DNA of 34,438 nt, from positions 1-34,438 of the forward strand of contig JALTLO010000174.1 of the NCBI GenBank assembly GCA_027001995.1, in the 5' to 3' direction. The notes under the pieces were generated by a model that worked only from the letters and a program-made list of their open reading frames with translations, had not been told where the DNA came from and ran no database searches. Both the position numbers and the translations under genes were made by a program. This document shows positions 25,102-34,304 of the stretch, one piece after another; position 1 is the first letter of the stretch; every line of letters starts with the position of its first letter. The stretch is from Planctomycetota bacterium. Lineage in GTDB: Bacteria; Planctomycetota; GCA-002687715; DRQF01.

Positions 25102-27412
25102 CATAGACCTTGCCGTCCACCTTCAAGTGGACTTCAGTCAAGCGAGCCAAGATTTTGGCGATTTCTGGCTGGGCCTTAATCAAAGCGAAGTAGGTGTCAG
25201 ACCAGAGGGAAACTTGGATCGCGGCAGACTTGTCCAGCTCGGACTTGGACAACCCGTCTTCGGTCCACAGTCCATTCAATTTCGTGAAGCTGCGACCTTG
25301 GACCCGAATCCGAGACAAAGCATTCACATCTTTGCTTGTGGGACCGGACAACTCTTCTTGCATTTTCTTGGCCTCAAGGCTCAAGAGCACAGCCTTCTTG
25401 CTCTTGGACATTCTGCCAAATCTGCCAGCACTTCCGCCGCCAAGCCCGATGGTTCCAACCATATCAGCTTCCTCCTCTTCAGGTGGACTGTGAAGCCCCT
25501 GCTTGTTGCCCCCATCTACAACTGCACCCCCTCCCGGGGTTCCTCCGGACGAAGGGGCGAGCCCTCCTCTTCCTCGGAACGATCCTGGGGGCAGCGGGCT
25601 CGACCTCCGGCGATTGCTATGGTGACGGTCGAAGGTATTCCCTCTGACACCGGCGGTTGGCTGATCCTCCTGCACCAAGATGGAAGTGTAAGGTGTGGCA
25701 ATGGCGTACTTCTTCCCCAATCGAACGATCTCATTCTTCAATTCGTTGTTTTCACCTTTGAGTCGAATCTGATCCCAAAGGAAACCAACCTTTCGTTTTG
25801 CCCAGAGGACGGCAATGAAATCACGCCCGGCCTTTTGGTCGCTAAAACGATGTTCAAAAACGAAAGTTTTCTCCTGCTTCCCCAATCGTCCTTTCAATCG
25901 AATGACCCCATTCCCAGCTTTGCTATAGGAACCCAAGAGAGTCAATTCACTGCCTTTGAACAGATCAGGGATGTCTTTGGGATAAACCTGCGAGACTTCC
26001 ACCCCTTCCACAGAAATTTGCACATCGGTGAGAACAGGAAATGCCACCTTGTCAAAGAAACGGGAAAGAGAAAGCTCCAAGTTACTGCTACTCGTGATGT
26101 AGTCGCGGGCACCTTTGCCTTTATCCGCCAACAGATCCAGAAGCCTTGCATTCACGTCATAGCCCAAGCCGAACACGAAAATCCTCGCCCGAGTGCTGTT
26201 GGCAGAGGTAGCTCGTCCAAGGATGGAATTTTCATCTGTTTCTCCAACCGTGGGAACGCCATCCGTCAAGAACACAACCATGGGCAGACGCTCGCTCTTG
26301 GTGAACGACGCCAAAGCTGTGGTCAATGCCTCATCAATATTTGTCCCTCCACTGGCACGAATCTTCTTCACCCAAGCCACAGCTTCGGCCACTGCCAATT
26401 TGTCCACACCCACCATATTGCTGCGCCAAGGGCGCGCTTCAGTTGAAAAGGAAACGATATTGAAACGATCCCCTGGCCGCAGAGTCCTTAGACCGTAGAT
26501 CAGCGCGCTCTTGGCCTGCTCGATTTTGTTGTCGTCTTGCATGGAACCAGAAGTATCCATGACAAACACAATGTCCCGCGATGCCAGTTCCTCAGCCTTG
26601 AAGTCAACCTTAGGCGTTAGCTTCATCATAAAGTGACCAACTTCACTGCCGTCTTTCTCACTCAGAACGTGCAACCCCACATCGCTTTTGCTCGTGGTGT
26701 AGAACAAGTGAAAGTCGCCTTGGGCCAGAACATTTTTGCCTTCGAATGATGCGCTCACCTCTGTTTCCGACTTCCGCGCCTTGCTGATTTTATGCGAGGA
26801 AGAGAAAACGCTCTTGATGGGAGTCTGCTCAACGACTTTGACATGAACAGCGATGCTACCCACCGCCTCCCTGCTGAATGCCTGGGTCTTGAGTGGATAG
26901 CGATACTCAGAGACACCACCCTCACTTTTCAACTCTTGAACATAAGTAAGAGACACCTGCACATCACCATGGGCCGGAATCGGGAACACACGGGCCTTGA
27001 ATAAGTCCCGTCCCACATACTCCAGCAAGGCCGGATCTTTCATGCTGCGCACAATACCCTCATAGATACGTCGAGCTTTACCCTTCTCTAACACCTCCCC
27101 TCGAACTTCCTTGCCATTCATCACCATAGTAAAGGCGGTGATCGAAGCCCGGTCAGGAATAGGGAAAAGATAACTCCCCTCAAGCATGGCGCCATTAGGA
27201 TTGTGGAACACCTGGGTCAGCTTAGTAACAGCAACACCGGACTCAATGTTCACCTGAACATGGTGGCTTTTCACCTGCACTGCATAAGCACGATTCGGCC
27301 AACGATGAGCCTGAGGCCCAGAAAAAGGGCGAACATTTGCGATACCCTGCCCCCATGCGCTGAGGGAAAAGAGAAAAAACAAAGCGATAGTCAGGACGTT
27401 TCTTGCGTTCAT
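25043..27412 (-). CDS. Secreted VIT plus vWA domain protein (inter-alpha-trypsin-inhibitor-like)
   Basis: Signal peptide, VIT (QVFHNP...EGSYLFP...DPALLE), intact MIDAS DTSGS/GGTN/LTDG, LWA..K..L and TPYTS; GGAGA RBS. Confidence 0.92.
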   Translation of the reverse strand: MNARNVLTIALFFLFSLSAWGQGIANVRPFSGPQAHRWPNRAYAVQVKSHHVQVNIESGVAVTKLTQVFHNPNGAMLEGSYLFPIPDRASITAFTMVMNGKEVRGEVLEKGKARRIYEGIVRSMKDPALLEYVGRDLFKARVFPIPAHGDVQVSLTYVQELKSEGGVSEYRYPLKTQAFSREAVGSIAVHVKVVEQTPIKSVFSSSHKISKARKSETEVSASFEGKNVLAQGDFHLFYTTSKSDVGLHVLSEKDGSEVGHFMMKLTPKVDFKAEELASRDIVFVMDTSGSMQDDNKIEQAKSALIYGLRTLRPGDRFNIVSFSTEARPWRSNMVGVDKLAVAEAVAWVKKIRASGGTNIDEALTTALASFTKSERLPMVVFLTDGVPTVGETDENSILGRATSANSTRARIFVFGLGYDVNARLLDLLADKGKGARDYITSSSNLELSLSRFFDKVAFPVLTDVQISVEGVEVSQVYPKDIPDLFKGSELTLLGSYSKAGNGVIRLKGRLGKQEKTFVFEHRFSDQKAGRDFIAVLWAKRKVGFLWDQIRLKGENNELKNEIVRLGKKYAIATPYTSILVQEDQPTAGVRGNTFDRHHSNRRRSSPLPPGSFRGRGGLAPSSGGTPGGGAVVDGGNKQGLHSPPEEEEADMVGTIGLGGGSAGRFGRMSKSKKAVLLSLEAKKMQEELSGPTSKDVNALSRIRVQGRSFTKLNGLWTEDGLSKSELDKSAAIQVSLWSDTYFALIKAQPEIAKILARLTEVHLKVDGKVYVIQEKKVDPTPKVPQDQEK

Positions 27413-27437
27413 AGGAAGTCTCCGTTGCTCCGCAGTA

Positions 27438-27465
27438 TAAGACGCCCCTCATCACCATTCGTTCA
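27438..27465 (-). promoter_or_regulatory. ECF-sigma-type promoter for the VIT-vWA gene
   Basis: Minus strand TGAAC (27465-27461), N16, CGTCTTA (27444-27438). Confidence 0.65.
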
Positions 27466-27503
27466 CGAAAAAAACCGACATCTGACGATGTCGGTTTTTC
27501 GTG
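27464..27503 (-). terminator. Intrinsic terminator after the anti-sigma gene
   Basis: AAAAACCGACATC-GTCA-GATGTCGG-TTTTTTT on the minus strand; flanking CACG/CGTG extends the stem. Confidence 0.8.
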
Positions 27504-27556
27504 TTCTTCAAACAAGGTGATTGAGGTCAACCGTGGCTCACCTGAAATATCTTCAT

Positions 27557-28756
27557 TCAGAGAATTCGTGCCCGCTTTTTTACCCACCTAAACTGCATAC
27601 TCTTAGACTTAGTCTCGGGAGTCTTAAAGAAGAAATTCTTGCGATTGTCATTTCTGGATCCATGCAAGAACAAGTTTCTCCCTTTTGATTGCATCTGCTT
27701 GGGTTGCAGCCCTTTAAGAATAACTTCAGTACTCCACGCGCCCTCTCCTTGTGGTGTCGTCAAGGTCAAAGTCACTTGATTAGCACCGCCATCACCTCGC
27801 TTCGCCGAGAAGACTCTTTCCAATTCACCGATGACATGGAAGAGCTTCTGAGAACCAATATTGAGAAGTTCCGGCTTCACCAAGTTGAGATGCACTCGCC
27901 CTTGCTGAGCATCTCCCCGAGTGTAACTCCTCAGTGCCAACTCAAATTGATGAGTCACAGGGTCATGGCGCCTGACCGTCAAACCATGAAGATCATTACT
28001 CCGGAATCCCCGGACCATCTTCTTCAACTCGTGCCGGCGATCCACAATAACCGTCTGATAGAAATGTCGTTTCGCCCAACGAATTGCCTTCTTCGGATCC
28101 CGAACGCCCCGGAGGTGATCGTCCATTTCAGAAAGACAAAAGACGAGATCATTGGCAACCTTCTTGGTAGGACGATGAAGCGAGCCAAGACTTGTCGCAT
28201 CGACACCAAGCAAGAGCTTGCCTTCATCCCGAATGCCCGAAACATAGGCTGCCACAAGCTTTTGAACTTCACGGTCAGGATAGCGATCTGCTGCTTCCAA
28301 GAGCACAGGAAGACTCTCGACGTCTTGATGAAAACCCTTCAACTGGCTGGCAGTCTCTTCTGTCGGTTGAACGATCTCGATCTCATCTAAACCCGCCACA
28401 TCTGAGCCAGCTTCATCTCGAACACGATTGCGGCCAGCTTGAAAAGCTCCTAGACCAACAATTGCCAACAGCACCGCAGCCGCCGCTGTCGATCCGAATC
28501 TTCCCCACCAGGGGACATCACCATCACCCACGCGAAAAGCTCGGACGGTTTCTGGAAATGGAACGGGCCCTGGCATACGACTCCCAGAGAGGGAGGCGAC
28601 TGCAGAGAATAATCGTTGATATTGATCGAACTCACTTTGGCAGGAGTCACAGCCACGCAGATGATTATCAAATATCATCTGCTCGCCAGCCTCTAAGCGA
28701 CCATCAAGTGCCGGGCTGAACAGACGATCCATTTGAGTGCATTGTGTCTTGTTCAT
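27557..28756 (-). CDS. Membrane-anchored ZAS (zf-HC2) anti-sigma factor
   Basis: C..M...F...LDG.L...HLRGCDSC (Hx3Cx2C), one TM (AAAAVLLAIVGLGAF) and a large extracytoplasmic domain; ATGA overlap with the sigma gene. Confidence 0.88.
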   Translation of the reverse strand: MNKTQCTQMDRLFSPALDGRLEAGEQMIFDNHLRGCDSCQSEFDQYQRLFSAVASLSGSRMPGPVPFPETVRAFRVGDGDVPWWGRFGSTAAAAVLLAIVGLGAFQAGRNRVRDEAGSDVAGLDEIEIVQPTEETASQLKGFHQDVESLPVLLEAADRYPDREVQKLVAAYVSGIRDEGKLLLGVDATSLGSLHRPTKKVANDLVFCLSEMDDHLRGVRDPKKAIRWAKRHFYQTVIVDRRHELKKMVRGFRSNDLHGLTVRRHDPVTHQFELALRSYTRGDAQQGRVHLNLVKPELLNIGSQKLFHVIGELERVFSAKRGDGGANQVTLTLTTPQGEGAWSTEVILKGLQPKQMQSKGRNLFLHGSRNDNRKNFFFKTPETKSKSMQFRWVKKRARIL

Positions 28757-29379
28757 TCTTGTTTCTTCCCCGACAAATACGGCCGAAAACTTTTCAAGAA
28801 ACGCTTCCGAGCTCGGGAGAGCCGTGAACTCACGGTCTTGGCCGGGCAACCCACAATGTTAGCCACTTCTTCATAAGACAGGCCTTGAATCGCGCACAAA
28901 ATGAACACCTCCCGAAGTTTGTCACTGAGGGTCATCAAAGTCTTTTGGATGTTCTCTTCTAACTCACGGATCAAGGCTGCATCCGCTGGCCCTTCCGTGA
29001 CAAAGTCTGGTAGATCAAGAGTGAAGGAATTGTCGTCACTATCGCCAACAACCAAGGCCGACACAGGCTTACGACGACGTAAGAAATCGATTGAGAGATT
29101 TCGTGCCACTGTAAACAACCAAGTGACAAATCGATTTCTGGGATCAAAGGCTCGGGGGTTCTTGTAGAGCTTGAGGAAAGTCTCGTGGGTCAAGTCTTCA
29201 GCCCATTCCCGGTCCCCCACATAGCGATGGATAAAAGTCAAAATGCGGTTTTTGTAGCGATGATAGAGGACTTCATAGGCCGCAACGTCCCCTTCCGCCA
29301 CCCGGACCATGAGGACTTCATCAGATTCCTCTGGAATCGGCGCTGGATCTTCAATTGTAAGTCTTTGCTGAGCCTTCAT
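28753..29379 (-). CDS. ECF RNA polymerase sigma factor
   Basis: Region 2 AEDLTHETF..TWLFTVARN..IDFLRR; region 4 GLSYEEVA....TVSSRLSRAR. Confidence 0.95.
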   Translation of the reverse strand: MKAQQRLTIEDPAPIPEESDEVLMVRVAEGDVAAYEVLYHRYKNRILTFIHRYVGDREWAEDLTHETFLKLYKNPRAFDPRNRFVTWLFTVARNLSIDFLRRRKPVSALVVGDSDDNSFTLDLPDFVTEGPADAALIRELEENIQKTLMTLSDKLREVFILCAIQGLSYEEVANIVGCPAKTVSSRLSRARKRFLKSFRPYLSGKKQE

Positions 29380-29503
29380 TTACCGCGCACATCAAGAACG
29401 AGAGACAGCCAGAGGCAGAAAACGCCTAGGGCTCACATAACTCTACGGTGCAAACGGGCATCTACCCCCACGAAAATGAAGATCTCACAGAAAATCCCCC
29501 CGT

Positions 29504-30637
29504 TCAAGGCTTCTGGTGAAAGGCTACAACTGATTCAACTACCCGCTCCAACCGTTCCTCCCCTAGTTCAGGAAAAATCGGTAGGGCCAAGACTTCCCTA
29601 CAAGCGCGCTCGGTTTCAGGGAAATCCCCTGTGGAGTATCCCAGATTGGAGAACGAGGCCATCAAGTGAAATGGCTGGGGATAATAAACTGCCGAAGCCA
29701 CAGATTGAGAGTGCAAATGAGCCTTCAGGGCGTCTCGGTCAGAGGAGCGGATAACGTACTGATGTGCCACATAGTCACAAGTTTCTCCAATGACTGGAAG
29801 GTGCAGAACATCCTCCAACCCTTCCTCTTTGAATCGGCGATTATAATAGCGCGCGTTGCTCCTCCGAGCTTCCGTCCAAGAGCTCAGGTGACGGAGCTTG
29901 ACTTGAAGAATCGCTGCCTGAATGGCATCCAAACGAAAATTCCCGCCAATGACCTGGCTTTCATAGGCCTTCACAGCTCCATGAACTCGAATTCGTCGAA
30001 GATCCTCGAGCAAGCGCTCATTGGTCGTCACGACGCAGCCCCCATCCCCTGCCCCTCCGAGATTCTTGGTGGGGAAAAAGGAAAAACAGCCGAAATCTCC
30101 GATTGTCCCGCAATGACGTCCCCCAGAATCCCGCACACCTATGGCTTGTGCTGCATCCTCGATGATGGGCAAGCCAGAGGACTCAGCCCAAGCTTTTAGC
30201 CCAACCACATCGGCATAACGACCGTAGAGATGAACCAGGATACAGGCCTTGAATCGACCTGGCTCAAGATCAACGAGCTTCTCCGTGTTCAAATTGAAAC
30301 TTCGAGGATCAATGTCAACAAAGACGGGCTTAGCATGAAGTCGCGCAATAACTCCAGCGGTAGCAAAGAAACTGAAAGGTGTGGTGAGAACTTCGTCCCC
30401 GGGCCCTACACCTAGGGCCATCAGTGAAGCCAAAAGCGCATCCGTCCCAGAAGAGACACCTACAACCCCACCTTCGGCCAGCCCCATCCACTTGGCCAAG
30501 TCTTCCTCGAAGCTTTGCACCCCTGGGCCAAGAATAAACTTTTGGCTCTCAAGAACGGATTGGATGGCCTCAAGGATCTCTTCCTTAATTGCCTCGTGCT
30601 GGACTTGCAAATCAATGAAAGGAACAGCCGCAGTCAT
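29504..30637 (-). CDS. DegT/DnrJ/EryC1/StrS PLP aminotransferase (WbpE/GnnB-like)
   Basis: VPFIDL, SSGTDAL, VHLYG, IEDAAQAIG, SFFPTKNLG..GDGG and NFRLDAIQAA. Confidence 0.95.
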   Translation of the reverse strand: MTAAVPFIDLQVQHEAIKEEILEAIQSVLESQKFILGPGVQSFEEDLAKWMGLAEGGVVGVSSGTDALLASLMALGVGPGDEVLTTPFSFFATAGVIARLHAKPVFVDIDPRSFNLNTEKLVDLEPGRFKACILVHLYGRYADVVGLKAWAESSGLPIIEDAAQAIGVRDSGGRHCGTIGDFGCFSFFPTKNLGGAGDGGCVVTTNERLLEDLRRIRVHGAVKAYESQVIGGNFRLDAIQAAILQVKLRHLSSWTEARRSNARYYNRRFKEEGLEDVLHLPVIGETCDYVAHQYVIRSSDRDALKAHLHSQSVASAVYYPQPFHLMASFSNLGYSTGDFPETERACREVLALPIFPELGEERLERVVESVVAFHQKP

Positions 30638-30639
30638 AA

Positions 30640-31209
30640 TTACGTCTCAACTTCAGTCACCTTGTTGGCATCGAGACAATAACAACGATCACAAGAATTG
30701 CATTTTCCACGGGCGGCATCGAAAGAAAGTGGCTCACCACAGCGGCAAACATAGCCGCAAATTTGAGCTGGGGTCCCTCGCACCATGGCGAAATCAGGTA
30801 CATCCTTGGTCACCACAGCTCCCGCCCCAATGAAGGCACAAAGCCCCACAACCCGGCCACAAACAATCGTCGCATTGGCACCAATAGTGGCACCTTCACG
30901 AATTAAGGTCTTGGCGAATTGGTCTTTTCGGGGAAAACGAGCGCGAGGGCGTTTCACATTGGTGAAGACTGCTGAGGGGCCAACAAAAACGCCGGTTTCC
31001 AGGATCACGCCAGAATAGAGAGAAACGTTATTCTGGACCCGGCAGCCATCGCCAATGACCACATCATTGGCGACAAAGACGTTTTGCCCCAGGACAACGT
31101 CCTCCCCTACCAACGCTCGTTCGCAAACGTGAACATAGTGCCAAATAGAAGAACCGGCACCAATCTTGGCGCCGGCATCTATGACTGCAGTTCCGTGAAT
31201 GAAAGGCAT
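30640..31209 (-). CDS. Hexapeptide-repeat sugar N-acetyltransferase (WbpD-like) with C-terminal Cys cluster
   Basis: IWH, GQNVFV, VQNNVSLY.GV, GPSAVFTNV..PR, GANATIVCG, and CRCG...CNSC. Confidence 0.92.
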   Translation of the reverse strand: MPFIHGTAVIDAGAKIGAGSSIWHYVHVCERALVGEDVVLGQNVFVANDVVIGDGCRVQNNVSLYSGVILETGVFVGPSAVFTNVKRPRARFPRKDQFAKTLIREGATIGANATIVCGRVVGLCAFIGAGAVVTKDVPDFAMVRGTPAQICGYVCRCGEPLSFDAARGKCNSCDRCYCLDANKVTEVET

Positions 31210-31212
31210 GGG

Positions 31213-32775
31213 CTACTTGCCTTTGGAAGAACCTTTGTCCTTCTTCTTCGCCGCTTTGGGAGAGTCCTTGCCCTTCTTTTTCCCATTAGCCGTTTTCTTC
31301 TTAGGAGCATCTTTTTTCTTGGCCTTCTTGGCCTTCAAAGCATCTGCCGCATCTTTCGCTTTCTTCTCAGCAGCTTCCTTTGCCGCTTTCGCAGCAGCTT
31401 CCGCTGCAAGCTTCTTGTCTTCTGCGGCGGGATCATGAGCCCAAGCTTCTGGCATCGGCTTCAGTGGTCGAGGCCACCATTGCTCGCCTTTCTTCAATTT
31501 CGGATCCCGAGGGCGAATATGGCGAAACAGGGGGCTGGCATCTCGGTCGTAAGAGATCTTGCCGTTAACGATTGTCCAGTAAACTTGAGTCTTGTAGTGC
31601 AACATTTCACCATCACAGATGACAATGTCCGCATCTTTACCCACCTCCAAAGACCCGATGCGATCGTCCAAAGCAAAAACTCTGGCGGCATTCAAAGTGA
31701 TGGCCTTCAAAGCTGCGTCCTCTGGAAGCCCGCCACTGACCGCCGCTCCGGCGTCCCAGGCCACCGCCAAGGCATCACGACCGGGCTGCCCGTCCGCCCC
31801 AAGACTGCTGTCTTGGGTAGCAATGGCAATAACAACCCCATGATCATGGAGGATAGCCGCATTGGCCATATTCGAGCCAGTTTCTCGATTGAGTTTCTCG
31901 TCTGGATCACTGCGACGACGAGGCATCAAGATAGCAGAGACGTTCGCTCGCCCCATGGCACCAGGAGCTGTCCAACCCTCTGTGGCTCCTCGAACAACGG
32001 CGCGAAAACCAAATGCCTCTGCCAAACCGCAAGCGTCCACGATATCTTGATATTTCTCGACGTTAAAAACCGCAATCTGTTTGCCCTCAAGAAGAGGAAG
32101 ATAGCGACTCGCTGAACCGAGCTTCTTGGCAGCCGCCTTCTTTTCCTCACCCTTCATCCCAGCTCGCAAGGCGCGCATGTAGATCAACGCCTTGGTCATG
32201 TCATTGCGAATGCGCGTCTTGTTGCTAGCGAAACGAGAGGAGTATTGCAGCCCCATGTAGAGACCCGTCCTCAGGATGGCATCGCGGGTGGCATTGGCGT
32301 CCATCTTGAGCGCTGTTGTCCCCACCACCAAAGTCGTGATGCCATGAGCCAAGGTGATTTGTGCCATCTGTCCCTTCGGATCGAGATTATCCCCCTTGCT
32401 GCCAATCATCCGTGGAATCAGGCCCTGCCCATTCAAAGAGACCAAACCGGGATAGGCACGCATGCCCTTACCATCCAACTCCTTGCAATCGTCTGGCTGA
32501 TCCAGTTCCCGACCGATCTCTTCAATTTTGTCGTTCTTCACCAAGATTTGCGCGTCACGCAGGATCGGACCGTTCACAGGATACACATCCACATTCTTGA
32601 TGAGCAGAAACGTATCTTTGTCTTCGCTTTTCTTGTCGTCCTTTTTCTCCTCCTTCTCAGGGGCAGAAGTCGGTGGTTTCGACGGACGAGAACGTTGCGC
32701 GAAAACCGGACTGACCATGAGCAACATCATGATCCACAAAGCTGGTGTCAATTTTTGAATACTCATGCTTATCAT
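31213..32775 (-). CDS. Secreted amidohydrolase-superfamily protein, degenerate metal site, Lys-rich tail
   Basis: Signal peptide, ILVKNDKIEEIG, DGKG..YPG, GITT, ALKAITLNAA..IGSLEVGKDADIVI. Start at 32775 (ATGA overlap) or 32766. Confidence 0.85.
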   Translation of the reverse strand: MISMSIQKLTPALWIMMLLMVSPVFAQRSRPSKPPTSAPEKEEKKDDKKSEDKDTFLLIKNVDVYPVNGPILRDAQILVKNDKIEEIGRELDQPDDCKELDGKGMRAYPGLVSLNGQGLIPRMIGSKGDNLDPKGQMAQITLAHGITTLVVGTTALKMDANATRDAILRTGLYMGLQYSSRFASNKTRIRNDMTKALIYMRALRAGMKGEEKKAAAKKLGSASRYLPLLEGKQIAVFNVEKYQDIVDACGLAEAFGFRAVVRGATEGWTAPGAMGRANVSAILMPRRRSDPDEKLNRETGSNMANAAILHDHGVVIAIATQDSSLGADGQPGRDALAVAWDAGAAVSGGLPEDAALKAITLNAARVFALDDRIGSLEVGKDADIVICDGEMLHYKTQVYWTIVNGKISYDRDASPLFRHIRPRDPKLKKGEQWWPRPLKPMPEAWAHDPAAEDKKLAAEAAAKAAKEAAEKKAKDAADALKAKKAKKKDAPKKKTANGKKKGKDSPKAAKKKDKGSSKGK

Positions 32776-34244
32776 CGCAACCGTTTCTTGAATTCAACAA
32801 ACTTGCCGTCGACCATCACTTTTTCGACTTCTGAAGTGTAGGAAAGCGGATCACCGGAAAGAAAAATAAGGTTGGCCACTCTGCCAGATTCGATTGTGCC
32901 CACCTGGTCATCAATGCCCAGCATTTGTGCAGGATAAAGCGTCACAGTCTTGAGAATTTCCTTCTTAGGAAATCCCGTGCGAACCATGTTCACCAAATCG
33001 TCCCGCATGGAAGCATAGGAATCCCAGCGATCATCTTGAGGGATAAAGACAGGCTTTGATCCTGTATTTCTCAATAGGAGAGCCAAGTTGTATTTGTTCC
33101 GCGTGAATGGGTGGTGATTGACGACGGGGTAAAGAGCAACAAAACTCTTACGCTTGCCAATTTCCTCCGCCACCTTTTCCACGTTCGTCTCTGAGGTCAC
33201 AAAGAAAGGGCTATTGCGCGGAACAACTGTGTTGTAAATGCGGTAGGAATGGGCGAAATCAAAATCCTTGAGTACGTCCTTCCAATGGAGGTAGGTACTG
33301 GCCGCACTTGGGCTGGCCCGAAAAATTGATTCTCGGCTGTTGCCAAACTCAACAATGGCCGTGGCACCCTCTTTCTTTTCCATTAAGTCAACCAAGGGCT
33401 GAAGCGAATCTTTCACCTTGGGAATCTTCGCTGCGGGGGTCTTCTTCTTGGTTGGCTTAGGAGGATCAGCCAAGGCCTCCATGCTCTTCGGCTTTGGCTT
33501 CGGTTTGGGGGCAGGCTTAGGCTTGGGAGCCGGCTTCGGGCCGGGTTTCGGTCCAGGCTTAGGTCCTTTTTTGGGCGCTGTCTTTGCGGCTTTGGCTTTC
33601 TTCGCCGCTGCCTCCTGGGCCTTCTTGATCTTGGCAAGTTCTTTCTTGGCCGCCTCGAAGGCCCGAAGAACTGCTGCTTTGGAAGAGCCCGGGCTATTGA
33701 AAGAAACTTGGACGGGTCCTTTACCATTGACGATAAGATCCGCCGGTTTCTTTCCTGCGGTCTTCACGATCAAGACTCGCCCAGGCATGGGCGCACCACC
33801 GGAAAGTAGTCCCAATGTCGTATATCCCGTTGCCGCGATATCAACCAATTCTTTTCCTGTCAGCGTTAGATCTTCAGACTTGTCCATGTGGGGAGAAGAA
33901 CCCCCACCTGGAAGTCTACCCATACGGCTGACTGGGTTGATCATTCCTGGCATGACGACCAAATCCGTGGCGTCAATGACCTTCGCACCATAGGGGTAGT
34001 CAACATTTTCCCCCACTGCTTCGATCTTGCCATCCTTGATGACAATCGTCGCGTCCTCCAAGTCATCACCACTGATCGTGATGACTCTCTTGACTTTGAT
34101 CACCGTGTAAGAACGAGGATCTTCATCTTCTTGAGGGCAATTAGAACGATAGCCTGACTCCACGAAATTCATCGCCCAAGCGACTTGAGAAGTGGACATC
34201 AGTATGAGGCCAGCTATGGCCGTAAAAACAACTCTTCTGAGCAT
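32772..34244 (-). CDS. Secreted amidohydrolase-superfamily protein, degenerate metal site, Lys/Pro insert
   Basis: AGAAGGAAG RBS before ATG 34244, signal peptide, IKDGKIEAVG, VVMPG, GYTT, VTLYPAQMLG..VGTIESGRVANL..GDPL. Confidence 0.85.
   Translation of the reverse strand: MLRRVVFTAIAGLILMSTSQVAWAMNFVESGYRSNCPQEDEDPRSYTVIKVKRVITISGDDLEDATIVIKDGKIEAVGENVDYPYGAKVIDATDLVVMPGMINPVSRMGRLPGGGSSPHMDKSEDLTLTGKELVDIAATGYTTLGLLSGGAPMPGRVLIVKTAGKKPADLIVNGKGPVQVSFNSPGSSKAAVLRAFEAAKKELAKIKKAQEAAAKKAKAAKTAPKKGPKPGPKPGPKPAPKPKPAPKPKPKPKSMEALADPPKPTKKKTPAAKIPKVKDSLQPLVDLMEKKEGATAIVEFGNSRESIFRASPSAASTYLHWKDVLKDFDFAHSYRIYNTVVPRNSPFFVTSETNVEKVAEEIGKRKSFVALYPVVNHHPFTRNKYNLALLLRNTGSKPVFIPQDDRWDSYASMRDDLVNMVRTGFPKKEILKTVTLYPAQMLGIDDQVGTIESGRVANLIFLSGDPLSYTSEVEKVMVDGKFVEFKKRLR
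33430..33640 (-). repeat. Low-complexity Lys/Pro/Ala coding repeat, (PKPG)n/(PK)n
   Basis: Encodes AAAKKAKAAKTAPKKGPKPGPKPGPKPAPKPKPAPKPKPKPK; synonymous codons vary between units. Confidence 0.8.
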
Positions 34245-34304
34245 GATCTTCCTTCTTGAGATGAGCCTCACGGCATTCAAGACGATTGTATTCTGAATCA
34301 AGAT

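Noticed and set aside
25022..26446. 474-aa plus-strand ORF
   Set aside because: Antisense shadow of the VIT-vWA gene with no motifs.
31084..32115. 343-aa plus-strand ORF with a hydrophobic stretch (similarly 33418-33993)
   Set aside because: Antisense shadows; the hydrophobicity arises from the complement of Lys-rich codons.
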